Shown here piece after piece: positions 29,010 through 41,872 of a stretch of 64,000 bases of DNA (positions within the stretch are counted from its first letter, which is position 1; each line of letters begins with the position of its first letter). The stretch lies in assembly GCF_009914755.1 (NCBI RefSeq), contig NC_060933.1; one strand, written 5' to 3'. The position numbers were made by a program, and so were the translations under genes. The notes under the pieces are model-generated. The model was not told where the DNA came from and made no database searches. It worked only from the letters and a program-made list of their open reading frames with translations. This DNA comes from the human T2T-CHM13v2.0 reference genome, Homo sapiens.

Positions 29010-31930
29010 CTTTCCACATATATGAGTGATCATCTGCACTATTCAACATTGCACTGGAGGCATTAGCTGGCAATAAGAAAAAAGATCAATTAGATACACA
29101 AGAAATATAAACAATTCTATAAGAAGAAGTAAAACGATTGCACTTTGTAGATGCTGTGATAATATATATGGAAAACCCCAGGCCATAAAAGATAAAACTA
29201 ACACAAGTAATACAATAATTTATTGTGAATATATCATGAAGCTAGCTATAAAATAAACAGTCAGAAAGCAAATAGCTCTCATATACGCAAACACTAACCA
29301 GTTAGAGAAGAAAATCAAGTTTATAAAAACAGCAAGATTTATTAAATTGTTTAGAACAGAGTGAAAAATGTTATAAAAAAACTTTTAAAAAATGACTGAA
29401 AATGCAAAGTCACCCTATGTTAATTTAAAAACTGAATTAAATCCAAACTAAAACACTTTGTTATGTTTTTTATCATATTAGACAGTTTGACACTAAAACT
29501 GACATAGAAAAACTAACATTCAAGAATAGTCATAAAAACACTAAAACCAAAAACTATGATGGAGTACTAGCCTTCTAGACATTAAAGCATACAATAAAAC
29601 TTTAGTAATTGAAATAATATGTTATCATGCATGAATAGACAAAGCATAATTGACTAAACTCCAGTACCTATGGATATTTAAGAATAAACCTTAGTACATA
29701 TGGATATTTAAGAATTGGTAAAGGTGGCATCTCATATTACTGAAACAAAAATGGAGTTTAAAAAAATATATAGCAACAAGGCAAATGGCTACCATTGGAA
29801 AACTGATGAAATCGGATGCACATCTCACATTATACACAAGAATAAATTTTAAATGTTTCAGAGATCTAAATGTAAAATAACCTCTGAAACAATGTTATGC
29901 AACAATAATGAAACCATGCAAATACTGGAAGAAAATATGGGTACATTCTTTGATAATGAGTGTAGGAGATAAGATTTATAAATATGACTCGAAATCCAGA
30001 TGCAATGAATTAACAGATTAATAAATTTGACAATGTAAAATATTTTAAGAAAATTCTCCTTTGCAAAACACAAAATCAAGAAAGGCAAAAGGCAACTGAA
30101 AGACTGGGAGAAATTTTTGGCACTGTATATCATATATAAAGAGTTCATGTCATTACTATATAAAGAACTCTTATATGCTGAGGTAAAAACAGATCTATCC
30201 AACAGGAAAAAAATGGGCAAAGACATAAACATACAATTCACAAAAATATATATTAAAATGGTACTTAAATATATGAAAAGATGTTCATTTCAATTATATT
30301 TTTAAAAATATATATTAAAACTACAAGAAGATATTATTTCTAATATATCACAGTGGCAAAAATTAAAATTTATAAAAATAAATTCCTGATAAAATCACCA
30401 AAAGGTAGGAATTCTGCTGGAATAGCTGTAGGGAGATAGGGACTCTCACAAATCTACTTTTGATCCTACAATTTTCACTTACTGGAATTTACCCTGAAGA
30501 TATACTTCCAACAATATTTTTCTATATTGTTGGACACAAACAAAGCTATTCATTACAGCATTATTTATAATTGAAAAATATTAAAAATAAATAGGTATAC
30601 ACGGGAGAGTGAATAAACTATGGTACACATAAAAAAGTACAATAGAGCTAGATAAAAGTATAAGGTATACATTTGAGAACTAATACAGAGTTGTTTACAA
30701 AATATATATTTCCCAGAGGGAAATGCAAAGGGCAAAAGAATATCTTTAGCTTTATCTTTTCTGTAAGAAAGAAATTTTATGTCAGTGAGACAGGATTTTT
30801 CTTGGCCCCTTTGCCCGGCTCACATCAGGAGGTGCCCTGGCTACTCAGCTGGCTGGGCCACATCTAGCTTGCGCTCTGGCTGGCGGCTCCCACAGCCACT
30901 GCAGCTGCCTACTCAGCCCCTGATGTGGGGTGGGGTGTGCTCCATGCAGGGCTTGCTGCTGGACCAGGCATGCTGCTGTGAGGAGAACGCAGTGGTGCCC
31001 AGACAGGGGTGCTGGTGACCCTGAAGCCCTAGAAGGAGTGTTGTAACATGCTAATTAGCTCTTTTAGTCCCACCGTCTGCAGCCTGAGGGATGGTGGCAT
31101 GTTAACAGTTCAGTCAGCCCCTTGCCTCATTCCAGCCTGCAGCGCCAGGGCTGGCTCAGCCCCATTGCTGCTTCTTGTTACATGGGGTGGCTGCCCTCCA
31201 CTGGTGGAAGGCAGAGGGTCACAGCATTACACCCTTCTGAGTACCCACATGCAGTGGGTTCTGAGTTCTTGTCCTGTGTCCAAGAAGAAAGAGGTCATGC
31301 TGACAATTGAAGGGTAACAAGGGTGGAGAACTTTATTGAGCAACGAAACCGCTCTCAGCAGAGAGGGGATGGGAAGGTGGTCTCTCACCCAAAGTCGGGT
31401 TGTCTCTTCCAGTGTGCCTGAGTCTGGGGTTTTTACAGGCACAGGATGTGGCAGGGGCAGGTTGTAGGTAGCATTGGAAAAGGCAACGTCTGATTGGTTA
31501 AAAAGCATTATTCAGAAAGAACCAAGAGAGAAAGCGTGGGCAAACTCGAACAGAAATTCTCACTCTAGGTTGTGGAGTTCATCCAGAACCAACAGTCCCT
31601 TCTTTCAGGCTTCAGGCTGTTTTGACCTTGAAGGTGCAGTTTCACCTGGAATCTGCCCCTGGAATCTGCCCCTATCTGCCTAGGCATTTGTCTGCTTCCT
31701 GCCACTATCATAAACATATTGTATGCTTTTAATATATGCACAAAAATATGTATATAACTATATATATTTACTCATTTGTGCAAAAAGATATAAATAGAAA
31801 AAGTTAACAGAAACAAACAGAAACGATAAACCAGAAATGAATGAGGTTGGTTTTCTGTAAGAAGTGAATAGAAATGGATTGAAAAAGATAGACTAAAATG
31901 AGAGAGAACGGAGACAAGAAAGTACATTTA
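29010..31930 (+). mobile_element. Old L1MC-like element interrupted by an ERV1 LTR (30786-31710)
   Basis: Decayed ORF2/3'UTR motifs; ctcatttgtgcaaaaaga..ataaaccagaaa resumes after the LTR. Confidence 0.7.
30786..31710 (-). mobile_element. ERV1 solo LTR (LTR28/LTR27/LTR1 group)
   Basis: GC-rich block; minus strand starts TGATAGTGGCAGGAAGCAGACAAATGCCTAGGCAGA and ends ..AAAAATCCTGTCTCA; CCAAT boxes near 31472 and 31492; AATAAA near 31332; no clear TSD. Confidence 0.78.
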
Positions 31931-33048
31931 AATATAAATATGTAGGATATAATGATCTGAGATGCATTTTAAATCAGCCACTCTAACTACTTATTAACAG
32001 CTTTGAAGAAAGATTTCTTTAAGGAAAGGCTTTAAAACTAGAAGCTAAAAAGAATTTTTTGGATTATCTGTGGATTTTATTTCATCCTTGATAAGCATGA
32101 GCTCCGTGTCCTCTAGGGATACAAATGAACAAGTAAAACTCTAAAAGTCAGAAGTCAGTTTCTTCAAAGCTGGCTGTATTTTAGATTTTTCAAGAGATTT
32201 AATTTACAATATTTTCTAATATCTGTCATTGTAAGTTGGTTATATTGAGGTACAATTTTCTAAATTTATTTCTAAAATCTACAAACATATATAAATGTTT
32301 GATTACGTAAAGGAGATTTTCCTCAAAACATTTTTCTTTTCATACAGTCTCCAAAGAGATAGTAACACGCAAAGTTTGCGATTGAGGTAGAGACCAAAAA
32401 ACCCACAACCAAACCAAAACAGCAAGATTTCTGATCAGGGCCTATTGGAGGTAAAAGAGCCAAATTTCTTGAGAGGAGAATAATGTTATTCAAGAAGATT
32501 TTCTAAATAAAGATGGTTAGGCCAATGATAAAAATGGTAGGTATTTTTTTGAACCAGTTTTACTCTTCTTAGAATTTAAAAATCAAGCCGTTCAAATTAA
32601 CAGTTGCAGTGTTAACAGTGAATGCCTGTTAAAATGAAGCAGTTAATCACCAGGAACAGCATATTAAAACTGTTAATTTGTAGGTTTGAAACTTCCCTTT
32701 AATTAAAGCTGTAGGAAAAGCTTCCTGTTCTAAGCAAATCTGAGATCTCACGGCCTCTGTCATGCTTGTGAAATATCACAAAGAAAAGCTCTTTTGGAGG
32801 GGAGGGTCAAGGTGATGATGAAGGGAAATCTGAGTGCTTGATTTGAAAGGATTAAACTTTCTTCCCCCTTAGCCTTTAAAAATAATCTATAACAGAATAG
32901 CAATACTTTTGATTTCTGGAAAGTGACAAATGCAATCAGACTGCATAAGTATTCTACAGAGTTAGTGGGCTGCATCCAGATGACACAAATATTAGAAGAG
33001 AAAGAAAGAAGAAGGCATTTCTAGAAACAAAGTCTAAAAAGCTAGCAT

Positions 33049-33365
<317 letters not shown>

Positions 33366-33474
33366 AAAACTAGCATCACAGAGTGAGATTTTGGGGGTAG
33401 GGAGTTGTTGATAACCATATATTTGAAGTTAGTAGGTTTTGATCCCTGAGACCAGCTTCCTAGACCACTGCCTC

Positions 33475-33643
33475 TCCGATTCTAGTACTACATGAGGGAG
33501 ATTTGTGAAACATTGATTCCAGGACCATTGCTAATAGAGATTCTGATTTAGTAAGCTTTAACTGAGCCGGGAATCTCCATTTCACTGTCTATCCCACAAG
33601 TTGTTCACACAGGTGCTTCAGAGGCTGACTTTGAGATACGCTT
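33475..33643. mobile_element. MER5-family DNA transposon relic
   Basis: agagattctgatttagtaag..ggaatct.cattt..actttgaga. Confidence 0.55.
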
Positions 33644-34489
33644 TTTAAAAAAAATTTACACCCTCAAGAATGCTTTTTCCTCAAGAATGCTATTCTGGTG
33701 AGTTCTCTGTATGGATGAAAAAAACAGCAGAAACCAGAGGGCATATTAGAAACTATAGTCATAAATAAATAACAGTTACAACTATCATGAAATTTTTAAG
33801 TACTAAGAGGTGGAAATAATAAGGAAAACAGATAATTCAATTTCTAATGTAGGTATGTTTATACTAAATAAAACATGTGTTGTGAAAATCAGCATCAAAA
33901 AAGCAGCAACCAGGATAAGTTACATCGAATATCCTCATACTATCGACTCTAAACATGGGCTTCTAATTCTGTTTACAAATAAATCAAAAGCAATGACTAG
34001 CATGTATTTTCTACAGATACTAGTTATGTTGAAAGAACATTGAATATACTAAATTTTAATAGTTGCAAAGCGCTATGCAGGATCTACAATTAAACTAATC
34101 ATTTTCAAAATACTGAAAACTGATAGATAATATGAAAAACTTTTTTCAAGGACACAAATGTATCATTTGCTGGTACCAGGACTTGATTAATTGCTTACCT
34201 TATTAAAAAATACAAAGATTTTGTGTATATGCATGTTGAGCATTTATCACTCATTCTGTGCCTGGCCAGATGACGTATTTTTAGATCCTCAGATCTAGCA
34301 CAATTTAAGGTATATATCAGACAGTATGTAAATGTTTCTTGAATGAGATCACTTTCCATTAAAATTTTATATTTTAAAGAAAATCATGAAATATTATTTT
34401 TAAAATAAAACATGATTTTTATTACTTCCCACATGTTGCAACCCAACTAACATACCTCAATATGGGCATCCACCTTGGCAGTGATGGCA

Positions 34490-34705
34490 ATGTAGGCTAC
34501 TAGCTAAGGATGCAGGCTCTGGGTCTGCAAGACTTGATTGCTAATATTTACAGACTATGTGGTCTAATGCAATTACTTCACTTCTCTTAGTCTCAGTATA
34601 TTCAATTATAAAATTAGATAATAAAAATAATTACCTCAAAAGTTGTTTCATAGATTAAATTAGCATTGTTTGCATCACACAAATGCCCAATAAATATAAA
34701 TTATT
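34490..34705 (+). mobile_element. MIR
   Basis: caggctctgg..ttacttcacttctct.agtctcagt..ataaaat..ataataa..tacctca. Confidence 0.65.
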
Positions 34706-35029
34706 CACTGAAACAGCTGTAGGCAGTAATGAAATTTCCATTTCATGAATAAAAATGTAATGTTTCAATCACATATATGCTACAATATTAATTATGTTCT
34801 GATTGTCAGGTCAAAAAGTAGAAATTCAACCTATACCACTACATCTAATGTATGATAATGATAATTAAGGAGAAAGGATGTGTTATTATTGGTAATGACA
34901 GGAAAAGATTATTCCAAAGTAAATTCAACAAAGAATTCTTAGAAAAACTGCAGTGTACATTTGTTGACACAAACAACACTCACATACATATTCACATGGA
35001 CATATACACACATACCACTACATATGTCC

Positions 35030-38000
35030 AGTATTTTTTAATATATAGGAATAACCATAGCTTCTAACAGCTTATATAGCATGTAACTGACATTCAATAA
35101 GCTGTACATAAAGTTTATAATTTCATAAAATTTAGCACATGTAAACAAGCATGAAATTCAAGAATCAAAATAATAAACATACGTATCGTGTTCAAAAGTT
35201 TTCTCAAGCCCTTTTGTAATTTATTCCTCTCACTGATTTTTTATATCTATACAATCTATAGCGATATCTCCTCTTCTGTAACTGACTTTAGTAATTTATG
35301 TTTTTAATTTCCCCCAAATTAGTCTGACTAGAGATTTATTCATTTTAATGATCTTTTCAGAGAATCAGCTTTTCATGTCACTGATATTTTTCCCCATTGA
35401 ATCATATTTTTTATCTGTTTGGTTTCTCTTCTTTATTTCATAATTTTGGCTTGCTTTATGTCTAAAATGTGTTTTTTTTAAACTGGTATCTTAAAGTGGA
35501 AGTTTAGTTAAGTGAATTTTAGATCATGTTTTTTTCTGATTTATGCTCTACATACATTTCTCTCTAAACATTTTATTAACTATATCTCATAAAATCTGAA
35601 ATGCTTTATTTTTATTGTTTCATGTGTGTATGTATATATGTACACACATATGGAAAATATTTCTGTTTTCCTTTACTTTTTTATTGATCATCTTTAGGTT
35701 ACTTAGAAGTATGTAGTTTAATTTCACATATCTGTGAATTCCTAGATATTGTTCTCTTATTGCTTTAGAATTTAATTCTGCTATGGTAAAAATGCATACT
35801 TTGTATGATTTTAGTGTACTATACTAATTGAAAATATACTGAGACATGTTTATGGCCCAAATTATATTCTATCTTGATGGTATTTTCATAGGCACATGAA
35901 AGAAAAATGGATGCTGCTATGGCTAGGAGGAGACTTATACAAATGTAAACTATATCATGTTACTTGAGAGTATTAAGTTCTTTATACCTTTACTGGTTTT
36001 CTGTCTTTTGTTCTATCAATTACTGAGAGAAAAATATTATAAGAGTATTTGAGTGTTTTCAATTTTGTTAGTTTGGGCTTCATGTATTTTGAAGAATATT
36101 TTGATATAAACACAGAAGTGTTATATCTTCTTTATGAATTCACCTTTTTATCATTATGAAAAGGCTCTTTTTAATATTCTACAGTCTACTTTGTCTGACA
36201 TTCAGATTTCAGATTTCTTTTGATCATTCTCTGTATGGCTTGCATTTTCCAAACATTTTACTTTCAATCTGTCTATATAATTAAAGTATATTCCTTGTCA
36301 AAAGTATATAGTTAGACCTTGCTCATACTATCTTACAATCTCTGCTTTTCAAATAAACTTTTAAACCCATTTACATTTAATGTAATTGTAGATACGTTTG
36401 GTTTTAAGTGTACACCTTGCTGTTTTCTATTTAAGCTATATGTTCTTTATCTCTTTTTTCCCCATTTTTCTGTCTTCTTCTGAAAAAATTGAGCATTTTT
36501 AAAATTCTATCTCCACTATTGGTTCTTTAATAATACTCTTGTTTATTTTAAAATTTGTTTTCCAGGCTTACATTATGCATCTTTAAATTATTATAATCTA
36601 GTGTAAAATAATGTTATGGCATGTCACATATAATGCAAGGATAATGTAAGTATCCTTACAAAAGCATACTTTTATTTCCTCTTCTTTTTTTTTGCTATTA
36701 TTGTAATGTATTTTATTTCTGCATATGTTGGAGATTTAATTATCTTTAAGAGATCTAAAATGAAAATAAAATTATTTTTTATGTAACAACATATTTAACA
36801 TTTACAGTGATCTTCTAAAGCTTTGCTGTTTTGATACAGATTCTGTATGGTTTCATTCTCCTTCTACTTAATGAACCTTCAGTGTTTTTTATAGAACACA
36901 TCTGGTAATAAAATATTTAGCTTATATTTCTTAAAATTACTCTTTATTTTGCCATTTTATTTTTACAGATACATTTGCTAAATATATATTTCTAGGTTGA
37001 AATTCCTTTTTCTTTTAGTGCTTTAATAATAATTGATTTCTAGCTTGCATTGTTTCTGAAAAAAAGTCTAATGTCATTCTGTTTTGCTCTTCTCTATATA
37101 ATGTATCTTTTTTCTCTACCTCTAATATTTAGTTTTCATCACTGCTTTTCGAACATTTAATTATTATACATATTGATGGGTTTTTTCTTATTTTTCTTCT
37201 GCTTGTATTTCACATAGTTTCTTGAACTTTTGATTTCAAAAACAACTTCAGTATATTTTCAGTCATCATTTCTTCAAATATTAATGCAGATTGTTTTTCT
37301 TTCAAATATATAGTCTGGGTTACCTTTCGGATATTATAATTTTCGTCTACAGATGACCCATGATATGGTTTGGCTATGTTTCCATCCAAATCTCATCTTC
37401 AGTAGTAGTTCCTATAATTCCCATATCTTGTGGGAGGGACCCAGTGGGAGGCAATTGAATCATGGGGGCGTTTACCCCCATACTGTTCTGATAGTGAGTG
37501 AGTTCTCACAAGATCTGAAGGTTTTATAATGGTATTTTCCGTCTTTGCTCAGCACTTCTCCTTGATGTCACCATGTGAAGAAGGATATGTTTGCTTCCCC
37601 TTCCACCATGACTGTAAGTTTTCTGAGGCTTCCCCAGCCATGCTGAATTGTGAGTCAATTAAGCCTCTTTCCTTAATAAATTACCCAGTCTTGGGTGTGT
37701 CTTTATTAGCATCATGAGAATGGATTAATATAGTAAATTGGTGCTGGGAATGGGGCAGTGCTGTAAAGATGCCCAAAAATTTGGATGCAACTTTGAAAGT
37801 GGATAATAAGCAGAGGTGGGAACAGTTTGGAGGGCTCAGAAGAAGATAAGAAAATGTGGAAAAGTTTGGAACTTCTTAGAGACTTGTTGAGTGGCTTTGA
37901 TCAAAATGCTGAGAGTGATATGGAAAATAAGGTCTAGGCTGAGGTGGTCTCAGATACAGATGAGGAACTTGGGAACTGGAATAAAGGTGACTCTTGCTAT

Positions 38001-40290
38001 GCAAACAGACTGGTGGCATTTTGCCCCTGCCCTAGAGGCCTGTGTAATTTTGAACTTGAGAGAGATGACTTAGGGTATCTGGCAGATGAAATTTCTAAGC
38101 AGCAAAGCATTCAAGAGGAAGCAGAGCATTAAAGTTTGAAAAATTTGCAACCTGACGATGCAATAAAAAAGAAAAGCCCATTTTCTGGAGAGAAATTCAA
38201 GCCAGCTACAGAAATTTGCATAAGCAATGAGGAGCCAAATGTTAATCACCATGACAATGGGGAAAATGTCTCTAGGGTATGTCACAGACCTTTACAGCAG
38301 CCCCTCCCATTACAGGTCTAGAGGCCTAGGAGAGAAAAATGGTTTCCTGGACTGGGCCCACAGATCCCCTGCTGAGTGAAGCCTCAGGACATGGTGCCCT
38401 GAGCCCCAGCTGCTTCAGCTGTAGCCATGGCTAAAAGGAGCCAACATACAGTTCAGGGCATTGCTTCAGAGAGTGCAAGCCCCAAGCCACCAGCATTGAG
38501 CCTTGGGTACACAGAAGTCAAAAACTGAGAATTGGGAACCTCTACCTAGATTTCACAGGATGTATGGAAACGCATGGATGTCCAAGCAGAAATTTGCTTC
38601 AGGGGTGGAGCCCTCATGGAGACCATCTGCTAGGGCAGTGTGGAAGGGAAATGCAGGATTGGAGCCCCCCACAAGAGTCCCCAATGAGACACTGCCTAGT
38701 GGAGCTATGAGGAAAGAGTCACTGTCCTCCAGACCCCAGAACGGTAGATCCACCGACAGCTTGCACTGTGCACCTGAAAAAGTCAGTGATACTCCACACC
38801 AGCCTGTGAAAGCAGCCAGCAATGGGTCTGTACCCTCCAAAGCCAGAGGGGTGGAGCTGCCCAAGCTGTGGGAGCCCAATTCTTGCATCAGTGGATGTAA
38901 GACATGGATTCAAAGGAGATCATTTTGAAACTTTAAAGTTTAATGACTGCCCTATTGGATTTTGGACTTGCGTAGGGCCTGTAGCACCTTTGTTTTGGCC
39001 AATTTCTCCCATTCAGAACAGGCGTATTTACTCAATAACTGTACCCCCATTGTATCTAGGAAGTAACTAATTCCCTTTTGATTTTACAGGCTTATAGGCA
39101 GAAGGGACTTGCCTTGTCTCATATGAGACTTTAGACTTGGATTTTTGGGTTAATGCTGGAATGAGCTAAAACTTTGGAGAACTGTTGGAGAGGCATAATT
39201 GTATTTTGAAATATGAGGAAATGAGATTTGGTAGGGGCCAGTGGCAGAATGATATGGTTTGTCTGTGTCCCCACCCAAATCTCATCTTGAATTGTAGATC
39301 CCATAATCCCTACATCTCACGGGAGGCATCTGCTGGAAGGTAATTTAATCATGGGGGCTGTTACTTCCCTACTGTTCTCGTGATAGGTAGTTCTCACAAG
39401 AGCTAATGGTTTTATAAGGGGATTTCCCCTCTTTGCTTGGCACTTCTCCTTGATGTTGCCATGTGAAGAAAGTATTCGCCTCCCCTCTCACCATGATTGT
39501 AAGTTTCCTGAGGCCTCCCCAGTCACGCTGAACCATGAGTTAATTAAACCTCTGTTCTCTATAAATTATTAAGTCTCAGTTATGTCTTTATTAGCAGCAT
39601 GATGGACTAATGAACTAATATAACCCATTTGTTTCTTTTTTATATCGCATTTCTGTCCTCATGTTTATGTTCAGGTTTCCCTTCAACTAATTGAGTTCGT
39701 AAAGTATATTTATTACAGTTACTATAATGTTTTTGGTTGATAATCCTTTCATATGTTTCTATTTATTCATTGACTTTTTCCTAGCTATTGATAACATATA
39801 CTTGCCTCATCTTATGTAATTTCTAATTGAACATCAGATATTGTGAATTTTGTCTTGTTGAGTTTACTCAACAAGTATTTTGTTGTATTTCTTTAAAGTT
39901 TGTTGGACTTTTCCTGGTATGCTCTTATTTAACTTGCTGATGAGCATTATCCCTTTTAGTTTCTTTTTAATATTTTGGAGAGATAAAATTTAGCTTTTAT
40001 CTTAGAGATGATTTATATTCATTTCTTCATGTGGCTTTCTGCAGGTTTTACTTAATTCTCTGTATAATTGGTGAAGTTTCTCCACTCTGGCTTGGAAGAA
40101 CATAAATGATTGTCTGCTCTGTGTTTGCACTGGGAATTGTTTTCTATACACCAACCCCATTAATTGTTCTTTTCTCATAAGTTATTCTTAACCAACAGAG
40201 TTTGGATTTTATACTCTGCATGCACAGACTTGTATCCAGCCAAATATTCAATGGTACCCCACCACAGACTTCTGGACCTCATTATCTGCC
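35030..40290 (-). mobile_element. Old L1M element(s) interrupted by THE1C at 37361-39622
   Basis: Antisense L1 motifs tctactttgtctga, ccatttacatttaatgtaatt, ttctatcaattactgagaga; continues after the THE1C TSD. Confidence 0.72.
37361..39622 (+). mobile_element. Complete THE1C element: 5' LTR 37361-37732, internal 37733-39249, 3' LTR 39250-39622
   Basis: Both LTRs run TGATATGGTTTG...TAATATA; THE1-int between them; TSD ACCCA at 37356-37360 and 39623-39627. Confidence 0.94.
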
Positions 40291-41463
40291 TAACCCATAC
40301 TTCGTGAATGAATAAAAGAAGATGATAATTTTAATGGCTTATTCTAGTCATTTGTTGGCTTATTAGCACATCATTAAAGCTTATGAAGAAAAATATTATT
40401 TTAAATTCATTTAACACAGGAAAAAAGAATATGAAGCTTAGCTATAGAAGATCAAGATATTTTCCACTTTACCATAGGGTGCAGAATAAACTTAATAAAG
40501 TAACAGCAATGTGAGAAAAAATTATTGTTATTCTAAAACTGTTAATTTTGATCCATGATGTTAAATATTTATAGACAGTACTAATCAGCATCGTACCTAA
40601 TCTTGGTACTATGCACCAAATTTTGGTGCAAACACTTAGTACCTGTATTATATTTGGCAAGTTATATAAAATAAATTCTAATTTAGTTATTGATAATTTT
40701 AGTTTCACAAGATGATGAGATTAAAAGTAAACCATATGTACCTGGTACAAAATAGAAACTTAATACATTAATAAATCATTAAAATATGTTTTAAGTAAGC
40801 TAGATGGCTGTCATCAAATCCAAGCAGAATAAACATTACCATAGACAGCTTTTCTGGAGAAATTAAGGTCTCCTTCATTCCTAAGAGGTTTGAATACGGG
40901 TGGTCAGTAAGATGGATAGCTCCCCGTGAGGAAATGGTTTTAAGACACTCCATTCCATGTAAGCCTTTATCTTTAGTGCTCCAGGGTTTATTCAGTTACT
41001 ACTATCTGTTCTTTGAGACTAGCCTCTTTTTTTGTAGAAGGCTGTCTCTGTGGATTTGTGCAATTATATTTCTCCCTAGAGTTTTTGGTCTTCATCAATT
41101 TTGTTACATTTGTTTTCTTTTTTTTTTTTCTCAAAGGTGTAGTACCTTCTTATACTGAGTAGCCTTTTCCATGATGCTCCCATCTTACTTAGATGAGATA
41201 GTACTCATGTCATGGTATAACCCTAATGTCCTCTTACCACAAAATACAGTAAGTAGATTGGATAATACAAAACCATAATCTGTGTGCAATAGCACCCTCA
41301 TTTTAGGCAGTAATGTCTCGTCTTTAGGACATTCATTTCTTCTTAATCATTTATCACATGTGCTCTACTCCTGAAGCCTATACTTTATAAGACTCTCTTT
41401 TTTTGTTATTCCCCAAATGAGTACCTCTATTATAACTTCAAGATATTTCATGTTGTGTCACAA

Positions 41464-41577
41464 TTCAGGTTTCCCTTCAAATAATTGAGTTCGTAAAGTA
41501 TACTTATTATAGTTACTACAATGTTTTTGGTTGATAATCCTTTCATATGTTTGTATTTATTCATTTACTTTTTCCTA
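41464..41577 (+). repeat. Dispersed direct copy of 39670-39783
   Basis: 114 bp, 6 mismatches by manual alignment. Confidence 0.95.
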
Positions 41578-41594
41578 CTATCTCTCACTTTTAC

Positions 41595-41872
41595 TTTCTC
41601 TTGCTATCTCTTTATCACCTCCATATAACGTGATTATCAAGTACCAAAGAGTATTTTTCTCCTCTTATATGTCACTCCTTCAGTTCACCTCTCTTAACTT
41701 TTAGGTATCTCGAGTATCTTTTTCTCCAGTTTATCTGCTTAATGATTATACTACAACACAAATCAGAGTATGCTGCTCTCCTCAGATATGCCTTTCAAAA
41801 CCTTACCTTTTATTATAATATTAAGAAAAGCTTTTCAGGACTAGATCTGTGATAATGTTTACCACACTATCA
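41595..41872 (+). repeat. Dispersed direct copy of 43839-44115
   Basis: ~278 bp, about 22 differences by manual alignment. Confidence 0.95.

Noticed and set aside
33662-33692. Micro-duplications (cctcaagaatgct twice; similar ones near 17445, 31647 and 44361)
   Set aside because: Common slippage products; not CRISPR-like or functional arrays.
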